DNA of 46,685 nucleotides, filler included, from Catajapyx aquilonaris (Eukaryota): NCBI GenBank assembly GCA_000934665.2. It is 2 parts of 2 records of this genome, joined end to end, with 100 filler letters (N's around TTAATTAATTAA, not from the genome) between each part and the next. Parts side by side here need not be neighbours in the genome. Positions count along the whole stretch, not along the records: positions 23,409 to 46,685 come from JYFJ02005708.1; 1 more part is not named here. One strand, 5' to 3'. The position numbers were made by a program, and so were the translations under genes. Position 1 is the first letter of the stretch, and the number at the start of each line of letters is the position of its first letter. The notes below the pieces were generated by a model. The model was not told the origin of the DNA, did not search any database, and saw only the letters and a program-made list of their open reading frames with translations. This document shows positions 23,409 through 36,989 of the stretch, one piece after another.

Positions 23409-23770
23409 CCAACTCTCTGGCCCACAGTTTATCACAGGATTGTATTCTGATGGCATAAAAAAGAACATGTCGATACTTAAGCCGAAAACAATAGAGAAAG
23501 CCTTGGAAATAGCAGTAGACGAAGAGCGTAGGGAGAAAGGCACTTATTATAAAACAAGAGGCAATAGAAGCGCGGTATTCAGCGTTGACAAGGACGATCC
23601 GATTGAAACCCTAAATAACAAATTAGCAGCGTTAAACGAACAAATGAAGCAATGTCAACAAGCAATTGAGACAAAAAGTCAGATTCCGAAAGAAGCTACA
23701 GGGGATAGAATGCCGATGATGCAACCTCGTAGAAATGTGACCTGTTATAATTGCAAAATAAGAGGGGTCC
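23409..23770 (+). pseudogene. Ty3/Gypsy-like gag fragment
   Basis: KPKTIEKALEIAVDEE, coiled segment, truncated knuckle VTCYNCKIRG lacking HX4C. Confidence 0.65.
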
Positions 23771-24300
23771 TTATCTCAAAATCTGTACGTGATAGAGAAA
23801 AACTAAATAGATATTTGGAATCAGCGTGAAAAGTTTATCCAGATAAAAAGTATTTTCATTCATGATGAGAACAAAAAGTTCAATTTTGTTGACCAGTGTA
23901 ATCAGTGACTATTACCAACAGTTTGTACTTTTTCTTTCCTTAGGAACAGCAGCTAAGAAAGCTTGCCCAGGAGAAAAAAACTGACACCTCATCTTACTAC
24001 TAGTAAGTAAGTAATGGTATTAATTCCCTTTGTACACCGTCGGTGTTTACAGGGTGACTTCTCGTTAATACTATTCATCCGTTAAGCACATTCACTTACA
24101 ATATGATATCACAAAATTTCAAATAATTTACCACTGCTACAAAATATTTATGCATAGTTTGGATTGCATGCATTGGCATTTGAGCAAATAACGTGTACAC
24201 CTAACGGGATCGTAAATTTAAATTAAATTGCTTGTTAAAAACCTGAAAATAAAATAAAACATGCCAGGAGATTTTATACCTTACTTTTGAAGCCAATTAT

Positions 24301-24484
24301 GGCAACTTAACACCAATCTGGACCACAATATATTGGCGGAGTTCTTGAAGAGTGTCTGGAAGTAATGTACGGCCGCTGCAAATTGGAGAGTTCCAGGAAC
24401 AAACGCTGTAAATGTAGGCCCGCCTCTTTAAGTTGTTCAATGTCACGTAAGTGTACCAAGTGCCACAACAAAGACCATTCTTGA
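24301..24484 (+). pseudogene. Cys-rich C-terminus of an Academ-like transposon protein (degraded)
   Basis: LTPIWTT, frameshift, EECLEVMYGRCK...NKRCKCRPASLSCSMSRKCTKCHN resembles the PIWTT...CxCK...RCxCRK..CT..CxC terminal zinc cluster. Confidence 0.5.
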
Positions 24485-25099
24485 TGAAGGTGCAAGTTAT
24501 GACCTTCATTCATACGAGTAATGTAGCCCAAATATACAGGGTGCGAAAATCTACCGTGCTTTCATTTTGGTGGATATTTAGGGGTTACAGGCTGTCACAT
24601 GATATGCATCGTGGCGATTTTCGAAATCAACGTGGTCTAATTAGTCTAAAGAGGCTTATTAGCTGCCATTGAGACCTGTATCGAAGACCAACAGCCCCGC
24701 AGCCTGCATACCAGTACCCAGTGGAGCATGCGGCTACTCGCACCTATTGTTACACAACCTGCTCTGGTTGGAAGATATTTAAGAGACATCTGGTAGTTTT
24801 TCATCATTTTCACATTGTTGTAACAGTAATTTTGAACACAAGGACCCTGCCTGAGAACAATATGGATATTTCCAGTCAAGTGACTGCAGGGTCTCTGCAA
24901 ATGATAGTGTCACATGCAGTACACTCACCAGTTCCAATTCTGGTGACTATCAGCATCATGCAACCTCAGACGGAGGACTTCTGAGTCCAGATATAATTTA
25001 GCATGTCAAGTACCTCAGGTGCATCTCGAAAGATGGTTCAAGATTTTGTTCGGCACACATCATAATATCACAACTGTTCAGATGTATGTAAAAGAAACA

Positions 25100-25290
25100 C
25101 TAGATGATGCTAACTCTGATCCAAGCTTTATCAAACCCACTCTTTGTTAGAGAGAGGCAATGTCTGTAGCTGATGACATTAGGCAGGAACTGGAAGTTCT
25201 CAGAGCAGATGCTACTGAAACCTTTAAATCGATTTTTGAAAGCGTAACTAATCTTTGCAAAAACCTGGAGCTCCTCAGAATCTGCCAACA
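25100..25290 (+). pseudogene. hAT (Tip100/ZMYM1-like) transposase fragment
   Basis: EAMSVADDIRQELEVLRADATETFKSIFESVTNLCKNL resembles the helical region before the hAT dimerisation domain. Confidence 0.45.
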
Positions 25291-26289
25291 ACTATTATTG
25301 GACATGCAACAAGATTTTAAGCCAGCAGATCCTACAGGTACTGGAGAATGCAAATTTGCCTTTGAGTAAGATGTTGATCCAAATATCAACATTGTCCTGG
25401 AAATTGATGCAAATCAGAGGACTACCAAGGTGGACATACAGGAAAATATGAATTAGAGAAGCACAGGCTTTTTTGAAAGGGGGGGGGGGGGAAAAAAAGT
25501 TTAACTAAAGATACTCTGACNTACTCTGACGATGCCGGATGAGAAAGGAGAACACCCATCGATCTCGCAGAAGGAGCAGGCGAAAAAGAAACGATTCAAC
25601 TCCACAGGGAGGTGAGAGCATACTTTTATCTGCCAGTTCACTCACCGATGTTGCAAGTCTTTACACAATATACCAATATTACACTCGTCTTCTCATCCTC
25701 TATGTGGTTACCAATAATGGTCAAACCGATCATGGTACGTATTTAACCATTTTTCGGCTGTGGATCAACTCGTTGGTCCATTAAGTCAAATGACCTATTG
25801 CAGTACGAACCTGCTAATGCTGTTTTACACATTACACATAAATTACAATTTTGAATACATTACGGTCAAACCGGCAAAAAAAGTGAACCGTACTAATACT
25901 CATCTCAACAATCTGACCTGAAGCTGATTTAACGCTCAATTTAGTAAAGCAGAATAAGAACACCACCAGCGACGGGCAAACAGGAGAGAGAGTGAGCTTC
26001 ATCAAGAACAGGCAATTGGACAGTGCTCACCTTTGCCAACCAAAGAGAACACAAAAAAATTGCATAAGCACAACCATCGCCCTCAAGAGACGGACGCCGC
26101 GATACCCCCAATAAGTTTCAGGTGCAGTGGTGCAAGATTTTAAAACAGTCTAGAAGGAAAATTTGCAACAGTGAGGGCTATTACAGGATTTCGAAGGTTC
26201 AAATAATAAAGTACGGAAGCACGAAACCATTCTCACTCTGAGCAGTGTTGCGGTAGCAGCTGATACACCTGACAAAGGCGAAGAACAAC

Positions 26290-26710
26290 TCTTTTTTGGA
26301 TGTCTGTATTCTTACATTGGGGACATGTTGGCATGCTATAACATAGCAGGTTTCAAAGAGTCATTTGGGACAATTATTACTTTGGTTTGAAGAACTTGCA
26401 AAACACCCCAGCAGGAATTCCCTGCCTGCTTTTATCATACCCAATGTGATTTATGCACTGACGCAGATATAAAGCAACAAGTTGAAATGTTAAAGGCTTG
26501 CAAATCACAGGTAGAATATAAGGACTTGTCGCGGGAGTTTGGCTTGAAGGGAAGGTCTTTTTTGCACCAAATTCCCCCCCCCCCTTTTTTTTCATTTACG
26601 GAAGATCTTCATGATCCTATGCATGTTTTATTAGAAGGTCTTTCTCCAAAAGAAATAACACCGTGTCTGAATCAGCTCATACATGATATGAAATGCTTCT
26701 TAATTCCACC
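26290..26710 (+). pseudogene. CMC/EnSpm-type transposase fragment
   Basis: YIGDMLACYNIAGFKESFG and FGLKGRSFLHQIP..F..TEDLHDPMHVLLEG motifs. Confidence 0.72.
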
Positions 26711-28169
26711 GCAATGGAGGCTAGCATTATTGTGAATGGATTTGCCACCAGTGAAGTTCTAAGAGCAATTGAGTATAAGAAATACGTAGAAACTTTCACC
26801 ATCAGGCTTTGCTTCCCAAGGGCGTTCCCAGATCATCGAGAGAGAATCCATTACTTCATGCTAGAGGCTGCAAAAAAGTACCCGCCTAACCCGCAATAAG
26901 GTCAGTCCATTATATGGTATCGTTAGAACAGCTAGGGAGAAATTTTGAATGAAAATAAGTTATCCACCATCAGCAGTTTTCTGCCTAAGTACTGCCCACA
27001 TTCAACAAATTCAATCCCTACATGCATACTGAACACTAACTAGTATGCATAAATATTAGTCATACAAGTGTCTACTCACAGATACCACAACCACCCAGCT
27101 GAGCTTGAGAGATATTACCTCACTTTACGTTTCATTTGAACACGCCTTATACTTCCCAGGCTACTGACGGCCAAGGGGGGTGATTATCCTTACGAGGCAG
27201 TTTTACATAAGTGTATGGCACACTCCTCATCCAGTGTCAAGACGTAGCGGAATATTAACTTTCTAGCAGTCGCTTTGTGTGTGAGAAAAGGAGTGGATCT
27301 GATAACGGCGAGGGAAACGCCTTGCGAAGTCAGCAAAAAAACAACTCCTGCACAGAATAGCTACTGGACAAAGAGACGAAGGTGAAATCCAGAAGGTTAG
27401 AAAGGTTCTGCTAAGTTCTTTGTGGGAGGCTGTAGCAAGACCTGAAGGTTTCAGGAATGGGCAAGGGTGATTGTAACCGAAGTGAAGGAAGTTGCTGTTC
27501 CTATAGAAGGCGATCGAGGGGAAACCAGCAATCTCTGAAAGACCTGGTCATAACTCTCCAGAAGCTGGCTTGCTGTTTTGCCTGTACAGCTTTCTTCTCT
27601 CCGTGACGCCATCCTCATCCAGAGGGCGAAGCACTTGAAATCTGACTGTAACGCTGGCCAACAATTTATCAAGTTAGTTTTAATTGCAGAAAGATGCCGA
27701 AGACAGGACTGACTCGCCAGCAGTGGAGGGAGAAGCTGCTGGCATTTGCCAACCAGGGCTACAGGTTTGGCCAGGGCGAGTGGCCTGGGAGGAGGACCTG
27801 GCAGCGGGAGCAGCTCGATAAGATCCGGCTATGCCCACGGCATGGGCCCCAGAATGTCGCCGGGCTGTTGGGCAGGTCTCGCGACTGCGTATGTGGGTTC
27901 CATGTAAGTAATCATTCTGTTAATCAGGTCTGACAGGTGGAAAATCAGCAAAAGGAAAAAAAAATGCATTGAGAAATTAGGAGAAATGCTGCAATGCATG
28001 AAGACTTTTATTGATAGGCGACTGCTCAGTGGCCTAAGATTAAGACCTACAACAAGAGAGTGATAACCCATGAGGGACAACCAAATAATTTCTGGTCATT
28101 ACTCGGGGAGGGGACCATAAGGTAACGTCGCATGGTGCCAAACGAACAGCTGTTATGGACACGATTAAG

Positions 28170-28390
28170 AGACTTAATGGGAGTCACACTACAACCGCAA
28201 AAACTCCTGTCGTTTGTACCTGCCTTCAGAACTAAAAATGTGAGCCATCTTTGGCGAATGTATAAAGCACACAAGTTCCCCTACATCTGAAAATGTCCTA
28301 CGCCTGCTTCCTGAAAATCTTCAGCGGAAATTTCAACATTGGGTTTGGGTCGCCCAGGACTGACGTGTGCTCCAATTGTCACAATTTGTT
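28170..28390 (+). pseudogene. Sola1-type transposase fragment
   Basis: Across frameshifts: SHYNRKNSCRLYLPSEL..VSHLWRMY and FLKIFSGNFNIGFGSPRTDVCSNC. Confidence 0.75.
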
Positions 28391-29219
28391 CCATCATCCG
28401 TCAGTTCACATGGCAACATTTGCGTAATGCTTCTTCATTCTTTCGGGTCAATAATTCATGCAGAAATATCTTTGTGACTGTTGCAATTAGATAAGAGATG
28501 GATCAGGGTTACACTATTATATTATTGCAATTTGAGGTCGGCACATGGGCCCTTATGCGTGGCACAATTAGTTGGCCATGCACGAATGTCAATTTTCCTA
28601 ATGTTTCAACTCATTGTGAGATTCTTTGTCTTACATTCTAGTGGAGGTAGATAATGTCTATGAGGATATCAACGAAATGCAGTGGAACCCACTTTAGTGC
28701 TCGTGATGAACAAAAACAAAAAAAAAGCTCCCCTGAAAAATTGGTTAACGTGGCACGTAGGACCCTCTGCAGTGGCACCATTAACTTGAACTCACAAATT
28801 TGCAGCTTTCGAAGCAACAGGTTTACAAAATGATTATAGACAATCTGTTGCACTGCCAGTGAAAATGACTGTGACGAAAGTCTCCCTCCTGATCCTCAAA
28901 TAATAACCATAGTTTCAAACTGCAACTACTCAATTTCTCCTAACTTATAAATGTGACGAATATCTTCTAGATTATTCATTTGGTTCCAAACTAAATATTT
29001 ATTACTGCATTTTTTCACAAGCGACCGGAGAGCGTTCAGCCCGCTCCAGCAGCGCACCGTCAGGAAAGAATAACGGGTTACCAGAACTAAAGGCCCCAAC
29101 ACCTCGGGCTCAAAATACCACGTCCAACACGGCAGCAAGCTGCAGTCAGGACAATCACTATATGAAAGATAACCAAAGCTGCGCCTGACGAGGGAAGAAG
29201 ATCCCCCTGCCAGGACGGG

Positions 29220-29405
29220 TGCAATCAAGGTCGACTCAACCAAAAAGATCTGCAGGAAACTGCAGGGGGAGATGGCGGGGACTGCTTCGTGGATGACCTC
29301 CGTGGGGAACGAGTGCGGAGAGGTGCTTGGCCAGCGTCCTCACTACCTCGGAGTCGGGTGAGGCCCTGCAGGCGCTGGCCAGTGGCCTGGTGCGGCGGTT
29401 CCGGG
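29220..29405 (+). pseudogene. DNA transposon protein fragment of the DSTKK...W.T.VGNE.GEVL type (DUF6729-associated, from memory)
   Basis: IKVDSTKKICRKLQGEMAGTASWMTSVGNECGEVL, frameshift, ASVLTTSESGEALQALASGLVRRFR. Confidence 0.6.
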
Positions 29406-30199
29406 TCCCCTCCTTCCCTTTCTGTTTAGCACTATAAGCTGACAGTGAAATGTCTCCTTAAAATCCTATTTTGCCAGCAACACCCTGTCCATCCAGTAGT
29501 GAGCGAGTCGAGATGCGACGGAGCGGTTTGGCCTGGCAGAGATGGACGAGGTGCAGTAGCGCTTGGTGACGATACCCGACAATGAAGAAGAAGAAAGGGC
29601 TGGTGGTTCGGGGCCTGGCGCTGTGCTGGGACGGATGAGTGCTGGGACTGAGATGGAGGACCAAACATTTTAATTTTTATAGTGTTTTTGTTATCCTTGT
29701 AGGAATGGGTGGAGGGCCTTTTTTAAAAGGCTATATCGCCCAATGAAACCTGTCCAGACATACTCAAGGGAATCGACGTTGCAAGGAGACCTGCAGTGAT
29801 GAGCAAATAGTGCCAATTATAGGTCTGGGCCTAGTGATGACTGTCTCATTCCATGCCTGAGTCACGACGTGTAGTACATGGGTTGAGTTCACATCAGGGA
29901 ATATCATTATTTCTCTCTCATCTGGCCCAGTATGGAGAGTAAAGCGGAACCCGTTACACCTACCAAAGCTATAGGAAGAGGATACGCCATCCAAAAAAAT
30001 GGAAAAGGGATATTGCAAAGGAGAAGCGGTGAGCTTGTTTAAAATTTTGTTTGCTTCTTTTACAACATCGTAGCTGTTTCTTCCTCACTGGGATCAAAAA
30101 TGAACTCCCGCCACCCTTAAAACCGTTAAAGGATGACACAAAACTAACAAAGCGAACAAGTAGTGCATAGTTTGTATTGTTTGTTGACAAGTACACTCC

Positions 30200-30420
30200 T
30201 GCATTTCGGCCAGTTCTCCCAAGGTGTGGCGATAACACAAAGGCTTATCGCTGTTCGACCCTAAACACTGCAGAGATTGTAGACTTTCATAGAGTTATAC
30301 GCCGCACAGGCCAGCTGGTTTATGGAAAGGGCATCACTGATTTTCCAATCAAACAAGTCGACAGGTGATTTACCACGGGGACATAAACCCGGAGACACTT
30401 TTCTTCTATCTACATTAGGC
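30200..30420 (+). pseudogene. Probable Sola1 N-terminal fragment
   Basis: PRCGDNTKAYRCSTLNTAEIVDFH resembles the Sola1 PxC.H....Y.C..L....I..FH motif. Confidence 0.45.
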
Positions 30421-30884
30421 GACGACAGTACACCAAATGCAACCGCAAACATCTTGTCAAGAATTGTGGCAGATGGAAGTGGCAAAAGATATTAGCCTGA
30501 TTGGCAAGCATATTAAATTTTAATTCCGCGAAGCATACTTCTTCATAGCCATTCGTGGTGAGTGTACAGTAAACTATATGCTTCCGAATTGAAGAAAATG
30601 AAGTATCAAGCCCAGCAGAGCAGCCCCAGTCAATGCAAAACAATCCAAAACCTTATGGCCACAAATAAATCTTTAAATAAGAAATTGGAGGAGGAGAGTC
30701 GCCGTGTCGCCGTCTTGTTATGATTGTAAAAAAATATTCGACGACGACACGATCAGATGATTCGGGATAATTGTGAGAGCATCGCCGAGGCGTCATACCA
30801 CTTGTACCCCGTAAGAAAAAGGGTGCAACTGAGGCGGTGCTACCAGTTATTAAAAGAACAGCGTCCAACACCACCAAGCTCCCA

Positions 30885-31010
30885 CAGTATATTATTTCCA
30901 GCAGGAGATGCTAAAGAGGGTCGCTGAACGTTTGCCAGATTTAAAGAAGGTGTATTACTTCACAGATGGATCAGCGGCCCAATATAAACACCGGAGAGGT
31001 TTCCAAAACA
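30885..31010 (+). pseudogene. Sola2-type transposase catalytic-core fragment
   Basis: LPDLKKVYYFTDGSAAQYKHRRGF matches the YFSDGxxxQYKN motif. Confidence 0.68.
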
Positions 31011-34000
31011 AGGCATACAACTGCCCGTCACTCTCTGGAAAATACATTTCACTCTACCCATACCTTCAGACTGCTGCATATGCAAATGTAATGACATAAA
31101 AGAGGAGAAGGAACAGCCTACATCAAGTGAGGCGGGTGTGCCCCATCCTGAGCCTGGCCAGAACGACCTCCTCCCTCCTGTTGGGGTAACAGCTGGCACT
31201 GGAGGTGGTTTATGATATGATGTAATATAATAATTATAATACTTTGAGGTGGCAATAATCGCAATATAATACTGTATAATGGCATTGGAGGTGGCAATAT
31301 CTATATAATATAATTGAGTTCATCCGTAGATGACTGGACACTGAATAATAATAATATTATTAATAATAACTGTCTGACTAAAGATGTCTCTGGAGGTGGT
31401 AGATCCGCTTACTCCATCTAACAGGCACCTGCAGGACTCTTCCATAGGTCAGCATCAAATAGGCACGGACATCCAAGTCTGATTGCTACGTTGCATAAGA
31501 TCTAGGAGGCTTATCATACCCGACCTGCAGAAGACTAGTCGAAAGTAAGCATGATGTGTATCACAATCCCTTCCAGGTTTGGAATAAACTAATCTTAAAT
31601 TTCAAGTCACCTTTTTAGATGATCTTTTCGTCGTAAATTAGGCGGATAAACACTTAGATTGTGCTGTACACTGTAAACCCACTAATGTAGGCCACTGAGT
31701 TACTCAAAAATCATGCCATTCTTTGGAGGTCCTGACCTGAATTGTAAGGGGGGTCAACTCAATAGAATATTCAGAGAAGACTTCATTGTTGTGTGAGAAA
31801 TAAAACACCCTTTAAATAAATGACATTTCGCGCCAGGAATTTCCCGTGCCATAAAGAGCTTGTTCATATTCCGTTGTAGGAGCTGCTGGAAAGTCGTCAA
31901 GTCTTCTCTATGATTTCGAGCCTACTCTATTACAATCTCAATAGAGCACCCCCCTTCCGCCAACAACCTCAACTTACTGACAGTTGAGAGAATCCACTGC
32001 TACAAGCACCATGGGAGACAGGACCAGATAATGGTGACCAGGGAGGTGCAAGAAACTAATGGAGCGGCAGTGTCTTTGCTGGACTACACCTAGCATTGCC
32101 AAAATTTTCGGGTGTGTTTATGTCAAAGATTATTTACTTCCAAGCAGGCCCCCCCGCCTCTTATTATTATTAGTGCTCTAAAATGTATGGGATGTAAGTC
32201 CCTCATTGCGCTGATGCAATTGACGTAAAATAAATTAAATTGCCGAAATTATCCGGCAACGCAGAAGAAGGACACTTTATCGCTGTTGACGACATTGACT
32301 TCTCTGTATTTTCAGAGACATACGTACGTGAATCCACATAATTGCACACATGTTACTAGCATAATAATCGATCTATGAATTTCACATGAACGGACAATCC
32401 CACGAATGCGAACGAATTTATGTGATGAACATCGCAATACAAAGCAGTGTGCACTTCACCAGTTACCATCAACACGAATGATGTGTATATCTATTGTGAA
32501 TCTTGTAGGTCTTCATTTCAGGTCTTGGTTGTTATAATTATAGTCAGCGAAATAGTGGAAGGAATAGTGGCCTAACGCCCTGAACTTGTTTTAACTTAAT
32601 CATTAGCTACTAATCATAACAATATTCCTGAAGGAAAGTGACGACATTCTCTGCTGTAATTGTGGAGAAACAATTCGAGTAATAACTACATCTGGAAGGT
32701 GGACTTGAACAAACTTCCACCAACATTTGAAATGAGTCCACATATGAAAGGACGTGAAGAAATCCACCTATGAACAAGCAACTTCCCTTTGTAAAAGCAT
32801 CTGCCTCCTTTGAACTACCTTTGTCAACACTACAGGGGAGGAGGAAGATAAAGGAAGGGCCAGTTGCAATGACGACACCAATTGGTCTCGGCTACGGCCA
32901 GTTCTGGAAGACCCGTGGCACCTGAACCATATTCAGATGGACATGGTCCGACTGACTAAACGTTCTCCTCCAAACTTGACAACTAAATGGCTACTCTCCT
33001 GTGAACCCAACTAAAATGAGAAAACTCGTCCATCATGAGATTTACATCCAACATGTCTACGAAACACTGGCAGTTGGCATCTGGAACAGCAAACCTCCCA
33101 ACAGACAATAATGAACACCTGACAATAATGAACACCTGACAATTTTGCAGAACGACATTGTCACAGGTATTACACTTCAATTAGGATTTTTTACCTCATT
33201 AAAATTCATGTAAATACTTATTCATTTAGGTTACCCGAGGTTGTAATTGTTACGTTTCCAGCTAATTGCTGGTATCATGTGAATTATACAGTAGTAGCAA
33301 CCTATGGCATGACTGGGCCAATGAACATGTAGGCTACATGCAGAGATGCAAAAAAGGGATATTTGTACACATTTTTTTGTTGATATTACTCCATTTCTAT
33401 GTTCACATCGGTTTCCTTTGTTAGATGTTCATATACCTTATGTTTGCACCACACAAATAAGTTGACTTATGGCATAAAGAACTCGAGCAAGCAGAAATTG
33501 AATTACGTGCTACAAGTAACACCACTTGTTGGGTGTGTGTGTGTGTGGGGGTCCAGTTCCCACTTTCATTCCCTGTGAGGAGCGCAAGGACCTCAGTACT
33601 GTAGTAGTAAGTAGATGGATGGCTAGGGCTGTCAGGTAGAGTGAGTAATAAAAAGGTACTCCACCCTGGAGACTTAAGCTGGACATACTAGACGTATTAT
33701 TGAAGCTCCCTCCCTTTAACCCCCGAGTCCTATCACCCCACTCCAGTACCCAACCACGCCACTCCACTCAGCTTACTTAATTGTTCAGCTGCTCATGGCA
33801 TAGAGGGCTATTAGGGGTCCAATGTAAAACCGACTCTCGCCTTATGGAACAAGTTCTTGGTAAAAGTGACAGGTTGGAGGAAATGTTCACGCAACATTGT
33901 AGGCTACGATGAGTAGCACATTTCCTGCCTGTTACAACTGTGACCAGAACGCGAATACAGCCTTATATAACGATAACTGGATTAGTCACAGGGTTGTCCA

Positions 34001-36119
34001 GTCCAAGGTCTGGAGTCAGCCTTGTGCTAACAATCCTTACGCCTTGCAATAAGCAATTACTGGAATAAATTACACTTTCTAATGAACATTTTTACATTGC
34101 CTGATATCTTCATGTGCAGACAAGATGCAGCATCATTCTTCTTCACCATCTTTCTTTAAAAATTGAAAATGCTCAAGTTTCGTATACTGTGTGAACATTC
34201 ACTGCACCAACAGAAAAGGAGCAGTGCGAGGAATGCAAATTTCCCCCCAACAAAAAATTGTTTCCTGAGAAATTCACAGATGATGCTGGACAGTGGATCT
34301 GGGTGGACCAAAGCAAGTGCACCAGAGGCTGATTCTGAAACACATACTCAACTCGGACATAATGGAGGGAGAAGAGGGTAACATGATGATTTGAAATGGA
34401 TTAATGGTGAGAATTTCCATTCTGGTCATGTGATTGCCATTTCCCTTGTCCAACATCAGTTCTCTTGACCTCAATTCCAGACACCTAGAGCACTTTTTTT
34501 TTCATTTAAACAATCATTTGCCCAACATACACAAGTTTGCTGTGTAGAAATTTGCTGTGAAATACTTGGCATTCATGTCAGTAACGTACTCCTGCAGCAG
34601 GATTGTAATGCCTAGCCCAGATTTTCTTATTTAAAAAATGAAGCTGACTTGTACTATTTTCAGGCCACAATTACCCCTCCTCACCCTCATCCCCCCCACA
34701 CACATGTATGGGCAGAAGGGAACCATTCTGCCTACTGGACTTGGGAGTGTGGGAATGATGTTGTCTGAGGCATCTCGTCTTGAATGAGGAGAAGGCATGG
34801 ATGAGGCCCCTGGGTCTTCTTCCCAACTGCCACCCTCACGTTGTCCCCGCCAGCATCCCGCAAGGGATCTCTTGATGGTTGGGGGATTGAAGCCCTTCCC
34901 AACCCCACTGTCCCAAAGGCCTCCATCTCCATGTTGCCTCCTCCAAGTCCTTCCTCAGACGTCTGGAACCTTTGTTAAGATTGAAGTCTAAATCCACTGG
35001 TTCTATGAAATGTTACCAGCTCCCAGGATGTCTTCTTTGTTGTTGAGTTAACTTAGCAAGCACTGAGGCTAACAGAGGAGTAGACTGGAATAGCATTGTA
35101 ACGTGGTACGCAAAAGTTGTTGAATGTGGGCAGTATTTTGGCAGAAAACTGCTGCAATGGCACTGAAGCAAGGCTGGTTGGCTGCACCAATGGGTAGGTG
35201 CATTCATGTGGAACTCCAGAAGGCGGCTTGACCAAAGGATGAAGATCGGTGCCACTCAAAGTTTACACATGAAGATGACCATTCCAGAACCACCTTGCAG
35301 TGTCTGGTTTTGTTACATTTATGTAATGAGCTTCGAGTGTGTTCAGCCAAACCCAGGATTTCAGTTGCTCTCTTGCTGGCATACTGGTAGCATCCATTGG
35401 GGCTTTGGCAGCACACATCTACACAACCTGTCAAAGACAAAAAGGACAAAATTAGCATTCATTTGTCTGTGTCAGGCTTATGCAATTGCCCAATAATCAC
35501 TCTTTTTTTATAAATATTCTAAATACAATGCAAGTGGATACTCTCCCTCAACATGTGAGCTGGTAATAACAATTGGTTAAGATAGCAAAAGTCTATGTGC
35601 AACATTACATTGCCTGTCCATACTATGGGAAAATGGGGGGCATGAAATGAGCATAAAGTTTGTTGACTTGATTTCTGCACGCTTGATGGATATTGCCCTT
35701 GATCCTTCAAATTAACAACATAAAAAAGCTAAGTGTCATGGCTTCAAAAAGCATGCGGGCTATGACCTCAGATTAGTACAAAGATTTGTTATGTCATTGT
35801 CCATCTCACAAGTCAAGTGCTGTTTCTTTAGCGCAGTAACAGTCCCTTGTAATGGGTGATCAGAAATTACTGACGGATGGTTCAAGCTATTTGTTGGGAT
35901 TAAAGCTGGTTATTTTTAAGCAATTACTTTTGCATATCTAATAAGCTGGTAGTCCATTGTGTTGAATGTGCCCAGCCTTTGCCACAATAGCAAATAATTT
36001 CCTGTCTCAAGACCCATATCATCTCAGGGCAGGCTGGGCTGAACATATTTTTAGTAGGCTGGACTCTCATAGATTTTTTTTTTTTAAATATGCATTTTAT
36101 CACATGATATCCCTTAATA

Positions 36120-36963
36120 GGAGGCTCATCCAGAAAGTAAGTTCAGTTTATTTGAACAGAAAAAATACAACACACCCCAGAATTATTATTATGCAAATCT
36201 GAAAGATTCAACTGTCTACTTTTTTTCGACATAGTTTCCAGCCAAACTAGTCATTTGTGATAGAGTTACAGAACATTTTGAATGCATACATCAGAGTTAC
36301 TACTTTGCCGCCAGCCATTCCCCCCGCTGGGCTGCCAACTCCTCGTCATCATCAAATCTCTACGTTGCATGCCATTTCTTCATGCCCATGGACAGGTGGT
36401 AATCGCTAGGCTCTACATCCCTCCTCTTAGGAGGGTGATCGAACAATTCTCGGCCAAATTCTCCCTTGAATTGTGGCTGGGTTTCATTGCGAAAGGCAGT
36501 ATTCGGGCGGACATCGTCGCGCAAGAAAAACACCGCGAAACTCAACATCTCACGACATTTATTTTGAATGGTCATCCTTAAATCTGTAATGCCTCAAAAT
36601 TAACCCTTTGGGTTGAACAAATTTCGTTTAAATTCCGAAGTGTTTTTCTTGCGCAACAATTCTCGCTCGCATACTGCAACGCTGCTGTAACAACGGAAGT
36701 AAAATGGTTTGATCACTGTCCTGAGAGCCAGGATTTAGAGCATAGCAATTTATTACCACCTGTCCATGGCCATGAAGAAATGGCATGCAAAGCAGAGGTT
36801 TGACAATGACTTGGAGTCGCAGTCTGGCGGGGGAATGGCTGGCAGCAAACTCCTAAGCCGTACGCATACAAAATCTTCTAACTCTTTGACAAATGCCAAG
36901 ATTAGGCTGAAAACGGTGTTGAAAAAAAAAAAAGTAGACCGTTGAACCTTTCAGATGTGCATA
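36120..36963. mobile_element. Mariner-derived foldback element, copy A
   Basis: TA|GGAGGCTCATCCAGAAAGTAAG TIR; minus-strand DDVRPNTA...FDHPP..DVEPSDYHL; both arms carry the transposase 3' end. Confidence 0.78.
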
Positions 36964-36989
36964 AAGGCCCGTGCACACTAGAGTTGCTG

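Noticed and set aside
33105..33143. 17-bp tandem duplication GACAATAATGAACACCT
   Set aside because: Simple local slippage with no further structure.
33900..35750. Possible degraded LINE endonuclease/RT
   Set aside because: Only faint motif hints; boundaries and family cannot be supported.
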